Shown here piece by piece: positions 1 through 16,121 of a DNA stretch of 64,000 bases. The DNA comes from the human T2T-CHM13v2.0 reference genome, Homo sapiens. The translations under genes were made by a program, and so were the position numbers. The notes below the pieces were generated by a model that saw only the letters and a list, made by a program, of their open reading frames with translations, ran no database searches and was not told where the DNA came from. The stretch lies in NCBI RefSeq assembly GCF_009914755.1, contig NC_060926.1; one strand, given 5' to 3'. The first letter of the stretch is position 1, and every line of letters starts with the position of its first letter.

Positions 1-16
1 TTTAAATCGTCATTTG

Positions 17-303
<287 letters not shown>

Positions 304-995
304 ACATTCCATTCAAGTGTGTTTTAAACTATAGAGAAGAAAAGGGACATGGGAGCACATTTTTGGCAGGGGTTAAGTCGTGAAATACACAGTTTAGAGA
401 AGAGATTATTTTCCATAGCGATGAGGCATTCATCACAAAGGAGGGACAGCTGACTATGTTAAAATATAATTGCCAGGTAAATATTTTCTTGACTACAAAG
501 TGATGTTATAGGGTATTACTCAGAGAAGGAGGCGTTCCAATTAGTCGCTAATTTTTCTTCATTTTTCCAGTTCTGATCTGGAGACAGATGCAGCTGTCAC
601 TGATGTAGAGCCAAGGTTTTCAGGACCTTTCCTCGTCACTAATAGGAAACTACCCTCTTCCCCCAAAGGGCCGAGACTGGCAGGTACAGTGAGCCCAGAC
701 AAGATTGGAACTTGTCAATTTCTCATGTATGTAGTTCTGAAATCAAAACCTCTCTCCCAGAAGTCTCTCAGTGATGGAAAGCCTGGCCAGGTGGTGGGTA
801 GATAGTCTTCTTGTGTTGCATGAGCAAAGGGACTCAGGCTCAGGGAATTTACATAACTTGCCTAAAAACACACAACTGGTAAGAATTGGAACCAGGCTCT
901 GAAGTCCCATCTTCTCTCTTCTAGATTGGATTGCTTTCTTATTGACTTGGTACGTTGAAAAGGGCACTTGATTGGGAAACAAAAATAGCATCAAG

Positions 996-1131
996 TTTTC
1001 TTTTCTTTTCTCCCTTCCCTTCCCTTTCCTTTCCTTCCCTTCCCTTCTCCTTCCCTTTTCTTTCCTTCCCTCCTTCCTTCCTTCCTTCCTTCCTTCCTTC
1101 CTCCCTTCCTTCCTCCTGCCCTTCCTTCCTC
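996..1131. repeat. (TTCC)n / polypyrimidine tract
   Basis: Almost pure C/T run of ttttc/ttccc/ttcc units. Confidence 0.95.
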
Positions 1132-1825
1132 CCACATTGACTATATCAGCCCTTAGTTTATTCTGGAGAAGTAAAAAATAGTTTGTTACATTTTTTTCCC
1201 AGATTCTAGTTATTATACTAACTTTACATTCTTTTAAAAATGTTTTTAACATCAAGTTCTCTGTGGCTTTAACATCTCTAGACCTAAGTCTAGAGATGTT
1301 AAAGGAGGACCTAAGTCCTCTTCTGTAAATTGGGATAGCAATAATGTCTGGCGTGTCCACAGCCCCTCACAATTTCCATAATCTCACTGGATCTAGACTT
1401 CTCTCACTAGGCTCCTAAGAATTCTAGTCTCTTCCATTCACAAGGAGCTATGAGGCCATTGGTGAGTGGATGGAGGGTGAGGGTGTGCAGGTGCTGCTGC
1501 TCAACTCAGACTCTCCCTGCCCCAGAGTAGAAGAGGCAGAGAACAAAGAGGGTGTGGTGTGGGTATGGGCCATGCATGACGGTGGATAGATCGGGACTGT
1601 CATGGTAGCAATAGCAGCAGAGTCAAGCTAAAGAGAAGCTGGACAGAGCAAAGCGCTGAAGAACATTTTCTTGACTTTCCTTTGGTCTATGCAAAGTGCC
1701 ATTTACTCATTCATCCATCCGTCCATCCATTAAGCCTTCACTGAGTCCAAACTGTGCTCCAAGCACACAGTGAAGAGTTAAAGTTAACTAAGATAAGGTG
1801 GATCCCTCCCCTCCTAAGGTGTCAG

Positions 1826-2050
1826 AGTGGGTAAGGGTGTAGGTTTGGGTATCAAAAACCTGAGTTTGTCTTCCAGGTCTGTCACTTCTTTGGGTAAACT
1901 CTTTAACCTCTGTGTGACTCAATTTCCCTATGTGTAAAATTGGAATAATAGCAGTCCATATTAAAGGGATGCTCAGAGGAAGGTAAAGCACTTAGCATAA
2001 GGCATGGCACAGTATCAGTATTCCATAAGTGTCAGCTATTGTGTTACTAT
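1826..2050 (+). mobile_element. MIR
   Basis: Core ttaacctctgtgtgactcaatttccctatgtgtaaaattggaataatag and 3' end ggcacag...tcagctatt. Confidence 0.75.
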
Positions 2051-2400
2051 TAAGTGATGAGGCAGATATGTCAATAATTCACTGTTAGCTGACCTGGAGC
2101 CCTGGTAGATGGAGCCCATTGAAGGAAGCTGGAACATTCAGGCAGGAAACAGGCACGAAAAAAGAAAGGAGAGAAGATGACCCAAAATGCCACCATGGCA
2201 TGTGTGTCTTGCTTTTATTTTTTATTTTTATTTTTTGGCTTCTACTTGGGCAGAAAAATAAACATATAGAAAAATCCCCATGAGAGGAGAATTCAGATGC
2301 CACGAAAATGTAGAGGGTACTCACACAAAGCCAAGCAGGTCTACCTGTGACCTCCCTCTATCTTTCAAAGAAGCCTGTGAGGTAGGTACTATCTACCACC

Positions 2401-3415
2401 TGTACTAGCTTCCTGGGGCTGCTGCAACAAATACCACAAACTGGGGGGCTTCAAACAACAGAGATATATTTTCTTGCAGTTCTAAAGCCCAGAGGTCTGA
2501 AATCAGTATTGCTGGGCTGAAATCAAGGTGTTGGCAGGTGTATCTGTTTGTTAAGGTTGCTATAACAAAGAAACACAGACTGGGCAGCTTAAAAGACAGA
2601 AATTTACTTTCTCACAGTTCCTGAGGCTGGAAGTCCAAGATCAAGGTGTTGGCAGGACTTTTCTCCTGAGGCTTGTCTCCTGGACTTGCAGGGGGCTCTT
2701 GCTCACTTCTTTGTCCTCACATGGTCTTTCCTCTGTGTATACACATCCCTGCTGTCTCTTCCTTTTCTTTCTTTCTTTTTTTTCCTTGAGATGGAATCTT
2801 GCTCTGTCACCCAGGCTGGAGTGCAGTGGTGCTATCTCGGCTCACTGCAACCTCAGCCTCCTGGGTTCAAGCGATTCTCCTGCCTCAGCCTCCAGTCTCT
2901 TCCTCTTTTTATAAGGACATCAGTCCTATTGTATCAGGACCCCACCCTAGCAGCCTCATTTTAACTCACACACCTCTTTAAAGACCTTATCTCCAAATAT
3001 ACCTACATTCTGAGGCACTGGGGGTTGGGACTTCAACATATTACTTTCGGGGTGGTGACACAATTCAGCACATAACAGCAGGACCATGTTCCCTTGGGAG
3101 GCCCTGAGGGAAAATCAGTCCTGCTTCTTCCATACTCTGGTGACTGCTGGCATTCTTTGACTTGTGGCCACATCACTCCAATCTCTGTCTCAAGGGCCAC
3201 TTTGACTCCCTCTTCTGTCTGTGTAATCTCATTCTACCTCCCTCTTACAAGGACATTTGTGATGGCATTTGGGGTTCACCAGGATAATCTTTTTATCTCA
3301 AGATCCTTAACTTAGTTATATCCGTAGAGACCTTTTTTCCAAATAAGGTAACATTTGCATGCTCCAGAAATTTGGATTTGGATATCCTTTGGGGGGGCCA
3401 TTTTTCAGCCCCCCA
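2401..3415 (-). mobile_element. MaLR LTR (MLT1C-like) interrupted by a second MaLR LTR
   Basis: Starts tgtactagcttcctggggctgctgcaacaaataccacaaactgg and resumes after 3082. Confidence 0.75.
2539..3077 (-). mobile_element. MaLR LTR (MLT1A-like) containing a 5'-truncated antisense Alu (2764-2894)
   Basis: TG...CA ends with 5-bp TSD gcagg (2534-2538 / 3078-3082). The Alu is flanked by gtctcttcct (2754 / 2895). Confidence 0.85.
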
Positions 3416-4329
3416 AAACTGAGGCTCTGCAGGATGAAACAACCCACCCAATGTTATGGAGAGAACAGAGGCAGAGGCAGGTTTCCGAACACAGGGGACA
3501 GAGCTCAGTCCACGGTTCCTTCCAGTCCATGTATTAATAGCTGCACACCTTTGAAAGCAGGATGAGAGACATACTCTGCTAAGAAGGACGCCCTCACCCA
3601 GAGTTTTTCCTGCAGAGAGGAGGAGCACAGAAGCTCAGCAGAGACCGTGGGACCAGAGAATCATATTTGTGGTCAAGCAAGTTCCTAGAAGCAAGGAATG
3701 TGACGTGAGCTTCAGATCCAGAGAAACGTAATTTATCTTGGAGAATGACTCAGGTGCAAAGGGCCAAAGCTGCTGGAAGAGCACTGGGATGGTGACTCTG
3801 GGCAGGCCGCAGCTGAGTCGATGTTTACTCTCTTCAGAAATGAAGCAGTGGGCAGGGAAAAACTCACAGTGTCTCAAGCACAGAGACACTGGGAGGTAAC
3901 CAGGCTCGATGAAGGTGGCCGCCTGCACAGTGGTTTGGACCCTGGTGTATATGTGTGTGTGTGTGTGTTTGTGTGTCGGGGAGGGAGGGGACAGGGACAG
4001 GGCCAGGGATGCCGACAGGTGCTTTTCTGTTTGAGAAACATGCTTGCTACAAGCACAAGGAGCAGGTAGGATCACCAACCCACTGTAGTTTGCCGGGGAC
4101 TTTCCCTGTGTAAGCACTGAAAATTCTATGTCCCAGGAAACCCCTTTTTCCTTGACAAACAGACACAGCTGGTCACTGTAGCTCCAGTACTCATTTGAAT
4201 ATAATGAATGCCTCAAGTCTATTTCACATGGCAAGGCCATGGCCATGGCTCTGTCGCCAAGCTGAATGGGAAGGAAAGGCAATTTGTCTTTGCAAATTGC
4301 CCCAAAACAAGCAATATAAAAAATGATGC

Positions 4330-4719
<390 letters not shown>

Positions 4720-5441
4720 TTACACAAGTCAGAGTCAGCGTGGCAGCTCCATGAACAGGGTTCCCTCTGTCTGGTTGCTGAACCTTCTCTAGGGTGCTGC
4801 CCTGGTGCGCATGACCTACCACCTTCATGCTCCTCACCGTCCTCCGCCCTCTCAGCTCTCCCTCTCCATGTAAAGAGTTCCCTGTGTTACAGTTCCCCTG
4901 TGTAAGTGTCTAGAGAGCTTTCTGCTTTCCTAATTGGATGCTGACTGATACAACCTGTGACTTCAAAATGATAAGAGGTACAGAGAGAACATGGGCAGAG
5001 GAATGCCACAGACATACCCGTGGCAGACATATCTCAAGAAGTGAGACCAGAGAGAGGAGAAAGGGCATTGATGGCTTGATCTGAGACGGGAGAAACATCT
5101 TCTGGTTGTTGTTCATGAGCAGGTAGTTTGAGCTGCATGGAGCTGTAGAGTGGAGCTTGGGTGGAAGCTGATTCATGGGCTCCTGAGTGGAGGCTCCACA
5201 GATGGGAGTGGACTCGGGCAGCAGTCAGGGCTGAGCTGGGTGAGGAGGGAGGTCCTCAGCAGATTGGCTAGAGGAAGCAGGGGTGAAGCCAGGAAGGGTC
5301 AGCAAGGAGCAGGCAGTGGAGCAGTCAGAAGATCCTGCCTGAATGTTGGAAAGAGGAGGGAAGAGCAGCAGAGTCAGTAAGGAGAGGTGAGAGGCTCCTG
5401 GATGAAGAGGGAAGTCAGCAGGGGGCACCAGTGAAAGTCCC

Positions 5442-6060
<619 letters not shown>

Positions 6061-6617
6061 GTCCCTTACTTATCAGCGTATGTTGAATTCTTCCCAGCAA
6101 CTATTTCTGGGAGCATTTTGCCTGATCAAACTTTTTCTTCTTTCTCTTTATTTTCTTTTACATATTAAAATTTATTCTTTTAAAAGAAAATTTAAATTTT
6201 ATTTTCTTTTAAAAATGCATATAAAGATTATTAAATATAGATGTCCTTGTTATGCAGAATAAACAACTGTAAAAAATTTTTTTCATTTGTTTCAAACTTT
6301 CTTGATAAAATAATTAAACATTTCGATGATAGTTAAAATTTGACACAACCCTCAGCCCTTTCCTCTTCTCTCTTTCTTCAGAGGCAGTCACTATCAAGGA
6401 ACTGATGTGAATTCTTTCAATCCATGTGTCCATGAATAGCATGTAGTATTAGTTTGTGTGGGTTTTATTTTTTTGCATTCACGATACATGTGTTGTGAAT
6501 TTTGACTCTATCACTTCCAAACTTCATGTTTGCTACTTCCCAAAGTCTAGCAGGCAAATCATGGTACGAGAGATGTTAACTGGTACATGACTAGTAAGGC
6601 ATTAAAGAACATTGAAT

Positions 6618-6922
6618 GGGTCAGGCGCGGTGGCTCACGCCTGTAATCCCAGCACTTTGAGAGACCGAGGTGGGAAGATCACTTGAGGCTAGGAGTCCAA
6701 GACCAGCCTAGGCAACAAAGGGAGACTACACCTCTACAAAAACACAAAAATTAGCCGGGTATGGTGGCATGTGCCTGTAGTCTCAACTACTCAGGAGGCT
6801 GAGGTGGGAGGATTGCTGGAGCCTAGGAGCTGGAGGTTATAGTCAGCCATGATCACCCTCTGCACTCCAGCCTGGGTGACGGGGTGAGACCCTGTCTCCA
6901 AACAAACAAACAGACAAAAAAA
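6618..6922 (+). mobile_element. Alu (AluJ-like)
   Basis: Dimer flanked by TSD aacattgaat. Confidence 0.92.
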
Positions 6923-7096
6923 CATTGAATTGAATAAGGACATATTATTCCCTGCAGATTAAGTCTCAGGGGGACTAAGTATTAAACACTTGCTAATTTC
7001 CTTCCTTAACAAAGAGGAAGTACAGACTCTAAGCTAGCCAAGTTATCTGGCTAGATTTTCATACCATTGTCATTTTCCATGTGTTTATGTATTTGT

Positions 7097-7688
<592 letters not shown>

Positions 7689-8227
7689 ATGCACTTATTT
7701 TTATGATTAATTTATACTTAAGATGAATAATATTTGTCTTTCATTTTTGACAGTAGAATAAAGCTACCCTATAAAGTAAATTTATTAAAGTGTAAAAATT
7801 AGGTAGATTTAAATTTAAAGTATTAAGCCAATAATGGTACACATGGCATATGAATACTGAAAATTAGTGAAGGGCATTCATGAATGGGATTTTGGGAAAA
7901 GCTGATACCTACATTTATTGAGCACTCTGACTGCCACTGGCACTATAGAAGGCATTCTATATGCAATTTGTTGTAATCACACAACAACCCTGAAGAAGGG
8001 ATGATTAGTCCCCTTTGGCAAATTAGGAAACTGAGGCCCAGGGGGGCGATGTGAGTGGCTGAGCCCACGTTTGAACTCTCTGATCCGAGACTCCTGTGCC
8101 TAGGCGATGTGTAATGTCTGAAGTCTTGTCTGTAAGATGAGTCTTAAGGCACACCTGAGCTAATGACTTCAAAGAGCTGCCTAGGGGGGCACATAAGGCA
8201 AGGATGCTGTCGTGCTTTGAAACATGT

Positions 8228-8859
8228 CAGAGTGGCTTCATGGCACATGCTAGTGCAGAAGGATCAGTGCTTGGGTCTGATGCTCTGCTATTGCCTCCTT
8301 GAGAATCCTAATACTTTTTCTTTAGCTGTGTTTGTATTTCAAGTCTGGTGGGATAATGCACAGGAGGCTTGACACCTCGTCTCACCTGCGGCCCACCCCC
8401 GACTGTCTCCCTGGGATGGGTTCTCTACAGCCCAATCTGGCCTCCCCCTCCCCACCCCCAACTCCATAGTGGTGGCTACCTTCTGCCCAGTGTGTTGATG
8501 GGCCACGTTCCACTATTAGTCGTCCTGGCCTGGATGCAGCCACAGACAGGGCTGGAGTTGGGCACGTTCCGCAGTATCTCACATGGGGCAAGGTTATGTC
8601 CCTCCTCAGGGTTGCAGTGCTGTGGCTTTTGCAGTGGACAACTGAGTATGAGCCTCTCATTCACCCTCATTCCAGGGAACCTGGCACCCAGGCACCCTGG
8701 CACCCTGGCATCAAGGTTGCAACTCCTGGGGAGATAGCCTGTCCTCTACAGGCTGAGGCAGTGGCTCATCTACAGGAAGGGGAGATCCACTTCCCCGCCC
8801 CCTGCCAGTCTCCACGTCCCATTTTGCTTTTGGCCTCACAAATGATGTAGTCGGCCCTG
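8228..8859 (+). mobile_element. hAT DNA transposon relic (MER45-family-like)
   Basis: 5' end cagagtggcttcatgg...tgatgctctgctattgcctccttgag and 3' end cattttgc...aaatgatgtagtcggccctg resemble recalled MER45 termini. Confidence 0.55.
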
Positions 8860-11534
8860 AATGCAGTACAAGTATAAGGAAGTGCCTAATGTGTGTGTCC
8901 CTGTGTGTGTTGTGTGTGTCCATGTGGAAAAGCAAGAAGACAAAGAGAAAAGCTCAGGAGAAAGGAAAAGCCTTCTCTTCCCTTGGGAAACCTCCAGGGC
9001 AGGGGAATCCACAGAGATATAGCCGAGCACACAGGACTGATGTCCCAAAAGGCAGCTCTCCTCTCCAATCCAGCAACTTGCTATGGGCCTCTGTTTATGC
9101 ATCTGCAAAATGAAGGGTCTGGGAATGGGATGGAAATGGGAATCTATGGATTCTCTCCCCAGAAAAATGGGGATGTTACATGGGACTTCAAACCATCATA
9201 GCTGCCCCACTATGTGCCTGTGAAACTCACTGATGGGCCCCAGGGGCTCCAGGTTAGGAATCCCGGGACTGGAGAGTCTCTGATGTTCCTCCTGACATCC
9301 AACCGGGCAGGAAGAAGCAAGCAACCTAAGAAGGCTGAGTGGGTGGGAGGCGGGCTGAAGTGTAAAGGCACCAACTGCAACAGAAGAGAAAGCCTTAGTG
9401 AGACCCGTGAAAAGAGCAGAGTAATGAAGATGGTGCAGTGTGACGGTTATAAAATCCCCCTGGGAAATGAGGCAGTCAATTAAAAAGAAAGAAAATGAGG
9501 ACAGACAAAGAAAAAGTCCATCTCCATAGAGTAGAAAGTGACAGGTTAGCAAAGCTGTCTCATGAGATGTGTGCACTAACAGTCCCTGGGGACCTTACCT
9601 GAATTCCATGGCGGGAGTGACAGCTCTGCCAGCTTGCTCTCTGATGGGCCACTGGAAGATTTCTGGGGCTAGCTGGCCAAAGCTCTGGAGAGAAAGAGTG
9701 AGTGGACACCAGCTTCAAAGAAAGTCACTCCAGGGCCCTGGGGTAAAGTAGCATAGAATAGAGATTTGAAGTGAGTGCAGCAACAAATGGCATAACAAAA
9801 TGTTTAAATTCAAAAAAGGAAGCCCAGTGTCTGGGGAAATGAGCAAGTAAATGACCAGACACAACATGAGAAGGCCCAAAGGGAAAATCGGGGGAATTTC
9901 TGATATTCACAGAGATGTGATAAGTGGATGTTTTTGTTTGTGGGAGAAGACACGAAGGCTTGTGTTACATGTTTTGTAATTTAATTGCATAATTTGCACA
10001 AAATTTAAAACTCACACAAAACAGGACCAAATGTTATTCCCGGATACCTAGATTGAAAAAGAAGATTCTGCGAGGAGTGGACCAGGCTGAACACAGGAGT
10101 GGAATTATTTTTTCCAGAGTGTAGGCCCCCGTGAGAGCCAGAACCACAGGTCGGGAAGAGTGTTTGGACTCAGCCCTGGGTTTAAATCTGTCCTCTGCCA
10201 CCCTGAGCACTGTGATTGTAGTTATTTAAGTTATTTAAATTGCAGTTTCATTGTTCTTCAAAAGGGGAAAGTAATATTTGTCATGCCTGTGCCACAGGGT
10301 GGTTTACAGGCTCTTATGGAAAAAATGTGTGTGTAATAGCTTTGTAAGCTGTAAATAACTTCAAATGTAAGACATTATTGCTTTGCTCATTTATTTGTTT
10401 ATTACCAGTCCAAGTACTCCCATTATCCTAGCTAAACATAGTGTTTTCACAAAGTTAAACAAAGTTAAAGTACCGTAATAATTCAGTCCAGTCTGTCCTT
10501 CATTTTATTACTGTTATCAGGGGAACATGGGCTGGAATGGGGCTTTATCCAGTCATTCTTTTCACTTCTTTTTTCTTCTATTGGATCCATCATTCATTCA
10601 ACACACAGTAACTGAGACCCTGCTGAGGGACAGACATCCCACAACTCACCAGGGCAATGAAGGCATGTGGCATTGTCTTTCCTGGGGGAGCTTGTTGGCT
10701 AGTGAGGGTTTTACATCCCATCAACAGAAAGGAAGGAACTCTCCCCACCTCCATTCACACTGAAGCTCAACTAAGTTCTATTTTAATTTTTGCCAAGCCA
10801 AAGCAGATTGTCCTCTGTTTCTAGAGATTAATTTGACGTCTGCCTGGGCCTCTGCTGGCTTTCCTCATTTTAGTTTTCCTGAGACCCGTCAGTTTTCTGC
10901 GTGGTGTGTAAATTGGCTTTCGAGACTCACAGTCTTTAGGCTTATTCTCAGAAGTATAGTCTCCATCTTCAGTATGTCTAACCAAACAAATTCCTCACTC
11001 CTTAGGGCTAAACTACTGAAACCATCCTTGGAAAGACTACTTTTAATTTTTTGATTTGTCACAGCTATGGAATATGATATCCTCTCCTTAAGCTGTAAAC
11101 GCCTTAAAGACAAAAGCCTTTTTTCTCCCAAATTGTCCTAGATTCTAATTCCCACAGCTCAATATATGTTGAAGTGCTGGCCATGGGGTCTGTCATCTCT
11201 CTGGGGGAACCAACACTCAGGAAGGATGCGTCCACATTTCTCCTTAATCTGCTGCTTCCTTGGGGTGACTCCCTAAGCCAGAGCTGGGAACATGAAAAGC
11301 TGAGTCTCAGCCACGGTCATGCCCTCTGGAGGTCGATCACAGCCAGCTGGAGAAGTTCACCCAGGGGCTGTAGGAAGTACTGCCAAGAAGTGGAGGAGTG
11401 AAGCATCTGTCCGTGTGGGACGTGGGTACAGTTCCAGGGGAGGGTGTCACGGGTTTCTTATGGCCACGTACTGCGGAGCACAGCGGAGACGATACTTAAA
11501 ATGAGAATTAGGTCTCAATGCCTTCTCTAAACTA

Positions 11535-11884
<350 letters not shown>

Positions 11885-14800
11885 CTCACTCACTCACTCT
11901 CTTGGTAACATCCCCCATGCCAGCTCCACCCCAATGCATATCTCGTCCAACTGAGCCCCTTCCCACTGCTCCCTCCCATGGTTTTCCCCCATTCTCTCTA
12001 ATCCCTTCCATTGCTGACATCTTGAGGTTTCATTTGTTTCTTTTTTTTCTAAGCAAAGACTCTCCTGCAGCTGGTTCCTTTCCCATGCACGCTCAGGCCC
12101 ATCTATCCTTCCGCTTACCCCGAATACCTGTGCACCAGGAGCTGTTCTTCCTTGGAAAACTTCACCTCCCCGTCCCCTGAGACAGGAGGGCAGCCAGCTT
12201 ATGGCTCCTCTGTGGTCCCAATTCTGTATTATTGTTCGTCTACCATCAACTAAATGCCTTTTCTTGGTTGTTGTTTATTTTGGTAAAGATACGCATACCA
12301 TAAAAATAAGTTGCAATAGCCATTAACTTGGGTTAATGGCATGCTCACTCCACAAATATCACAGAGGCTATAGGCAGGAGACCAACAGAGCCTCAGTCCT
12401 GGTTGTAGAGGACTGGTTCATAGAGACAACATTGAATTGATATACCATTTCTGAGCATGATCCCACATGGGCAATGCCTCACTCTACCCCATCCCTAAAC
12501 TCTGCCCCAGCCCCAGGCAAGTGACAAACCATCAGAGAGTGAGCGTCTACCCCTCACGATGTCTTACCAATGTGGGAAATGGGGAAAAGGGGCACATGGG
12601 GTTCTGGGGTTCAGTGAAGCTCAGAAGATTGGCTTTCGAGACTCACAGGCTTTAGGCTTATTCTCAGAAGTATAGTTTTTATCTTCAGTATGTCTAACCA
12701 AACAAATTCCTCACTCCTTAGGGCTAAACTACTGAAACCAAACATTTCCTCTACACGCTATTCTTCTGGACATCCGTATCAATGATCCGTCTATTGTTTG
12801 GATCCCTGAAAGCACCACAAAGGGATGTTTGTTGCAATTCAGGAGTGGGCTCTAGCTCGCTCCCTATAATCTCCATCAATACCTTCCCTAAGTGAATTCT
12901 CCCAAAATCGAAGATAAGACAATTGTCTTCTTAGCAAACATAGCTTCGAGATACATCCACAGGATGATCTTCCCACCAGACTGCCCCCTCTCCTCTCTGA
13001 GTACTGGATGCACTGCTACCCTAAAGGCGCAGCCATACCATCAACTGCTACTTAAGGCTGTAACTTTGCATCAGAGCCCACCAGGCAGCTGTGTCAGCTT
13101 CAGTCATGCTCTGATTGCACCCTCTTTACCCTCTTTACCTGCTTCCCTCCCTTGAGTCAACCTTTCATGATCCTTGGGATGTGCCCCAAGATAAAGCAGC
13201 CCAAGGCAATGGTGGGGCACATGGAGTATAAATACTGGAACTGAAATTCACTAGCCATGCCACATTGTCCAAGTCACTTTCCCTCTCTGTTCCTCTCAGC
13301 TCTTTCATAGTTGAATGAGGCCACTGGAACCAATAATCTTCCAATTCCAGGTCTATAGGTCCATGGTGGTGTTGCTTTGATACCTCCATAATGTGTCCAA
13401 ATGCCACAACAACCAGCCCATTGTTGGGTCTCCAGCCATTGGGACGTTTTCATCCCCTGACTTCCTGCTTTGCTCTTTTTTGCCCATGCTTAATCATAGC
13501 TCATCTTGATCATCCGCACGTGGAATCTGCCATTCCCTGGACTCGTCTCTCAGATGGCAAAGTGGTTCTGGAATCTGATTGGGTCCTAAGTTTTGCTCTG
13601 TTTTGTTGTTACAAATCATGCCCTTTAATCTAAGCTGACTCTCACTGTTGCTAAGGACCCCTTTTACGTATCCCTGAAGAACCATTATTACACACCTCAG
13701 CTTGTCTATTGCGAACATTTTTTAACCCAACTTCCCATCTCTAGCAGATGCTCTCAAGCTGGATCCATACCTTCTCAGCTTGTGCTCTGTCCAGGCATGC
13801 TTCCAACCACCTGCGCCTGGCTGCCAGAGCGGCTGTGTCCATGGCACTGCCCCCTAATGTGACCCTTAGAAGCACCCCCAAACCAAACACTGGTGGGAGC
13901 TGGCGGATCAATGAGCCGGCTTTCTCACCTTTCTAGAAGGATACTTTTGAGAGGTGTGTTCTGTGCTGGTTTCTGGAGTTCTCCACTGGACAAAGCTGCA
14001 GACACCATGGCAGACACTGGCCTGAGAGGGCATCCTTTGCTGAGCACCTTCCCTTCCATCTCATCTCTCCACTCCCTTACGGTTGCTTCTGGAATCAATT
14101 CCCACGTAAACTAATTGTCCCAAATCCTCATCCTGGAGTCTGTTTTGGGATACCCAAACCAAAACACCATCTCTCTTCCATCTCTATCTCTCATAGCCAA
14201 TAACCTCATATCCTATTTTGTGGGGACATAAGGCTGGTTGAGTTTATGGGGAGAGCTGTATAGCCTTACTCATGTGCCTCTGTATCCAAACCTTAAAACT
14301 TTGTAGGGTCTTGCTTAACCACTCTCCCCACCACTCAGCTTTTTTTTTTTTTTTTTAATCGCCTTTATTTCTTTTCTCTACTGGCATGTTTCTTTCTGTC
14401 TTTAACCTGTTGGGAAGGAAAATACACCTTTCCTTGAACCTGTTCCATAACCTACCGACCTTCCCTCCCCTCAGAAGCATCTCCCTGGAATTGTGAAGGC
14501 TCTTCACCTTGGCATGACCTACCCATTCCTCCTTCCTTTGTGACCTGGTTTCCATCCAGGTCACTCTGGTAGTGCCATGGCAAGATCATCACTGCCACCT
14601 CATTTTCCAAATCCACTAGCCTTTTCTTATCCTCATCATATTTTCCTTGACTGTTTATCTTTTGCCTCACTTTAACCTGTTTGTTATACTTGGCGTTGGG
14701 TAATATTGTGAAACCCCATTGCAATCACATCACTCTCCTGGTTACAAGTTTTTGAGGGTGCCTACTGGTAAAGGGATTAAAGCTGTTTTCTTAATTCACA

Positions 14801-15240
14801 CATTTCATCTTCCATGGATGAACTCTAGCTTTTCAGCTCATCTTGCAAGCCCTCCACTACAGGTAATTGGTCTACTAATGAGCCTCCAACTATCCAATAT
14901 CCATTTTTGCCTCCCAGAGATACCTTAAGCCAAAATGCCCTCATTTCTCCTTCTTACTTTTTTTCATGTCCCCACCCAGGGCAATTTTATCCTGATTTAC
15001 AAAGTCTTTCCCATTTTCTCCCAGCCCTGCTTCCTTATCTAAGCCCTCATGGGCATTCATTGCCTTGGCCTATTCTTTCGTACTTTCCTATTTCCTTCGT
15101 CAAGTGTGTGCCCTTTCTCTTCAATAAGACAGGGACTGTTTATAACCCTAGAACCTGATCCATGGCATTCCATGTATGTTTGCTGATGATGACAAAGATA
15201 AAATAGAATGTCTAAGTCAGTGTCAAAGAAGTCACATACT

Positions 15241-15590
<350 letters not shown>

Positions 15591-15816
15591 TTAGCCTCTG
15601 GCAGATGGAAGACTGAAGAGCTTCTCCCATCAGAGGTGGCTGGAACACAGTTGTGAGGGTGTTATCTTTGGAGCCTCCTCCCTTTTCCCTCCATGGGCAT
15701 CACACCAGGCTCCCCCCTAGGTTTACTCCAGCAGAGCCTGGTCTCAGCCTATTGTTTATGACATCTCTTTGGAGACTTTTGGGAAGGGTGACACCCAAAT
15801 TATCTTATTAAAGACT

Positions 15817-16121
15817 TTATTTTTATTTTTGTTTTTTGAGGCCGAGTCTCATTCTGTTGCCCAGGCTGGAATGCAGTGATGCGATCTCGGCTCACTGCAG
15901 CCTCTGCCTCCCAGGTTCAAGCAATTCTCGTGCCTCAACCTCCTGAGTAGCTGGGATTAAAGGCGCCCACCTCCATGCCCAGCTAATTTTTTTATGTTTT
16001 TAGTAGAGATAAGGTTTCACCATGTTGGCCAGGCTGGTCTCGAACTCCTGGCCTCAAGTGATTCACCCACCTCGACCTCTCAAAATGCTGGAATTACAGG
16101 TGTAAGCCACCGTGTCTAGCC
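15817..16121 (-). mobile_element. Alu
   Basis: Antisense dimer with TSD ccaaattatctt. Confidence 0.92.

Noticed and set aside
743-1360. 205-aa - strand ORF with KEGR repeats
   Set aside because: Held open largely by the (TTCC)n tract, with no recognisable homology.
3635-4282. 215-aa - strand ORF
   Set aside because: Non-ATG start, spans a (CA)n repeat, and has no recognisable domain.
12319-12340. 9-bp perfect hairpin gccattaac-ttgg-gttaatggc
   Set aside because: A stem this short is plausible by chance in 64 kb, and there is no supporting context.
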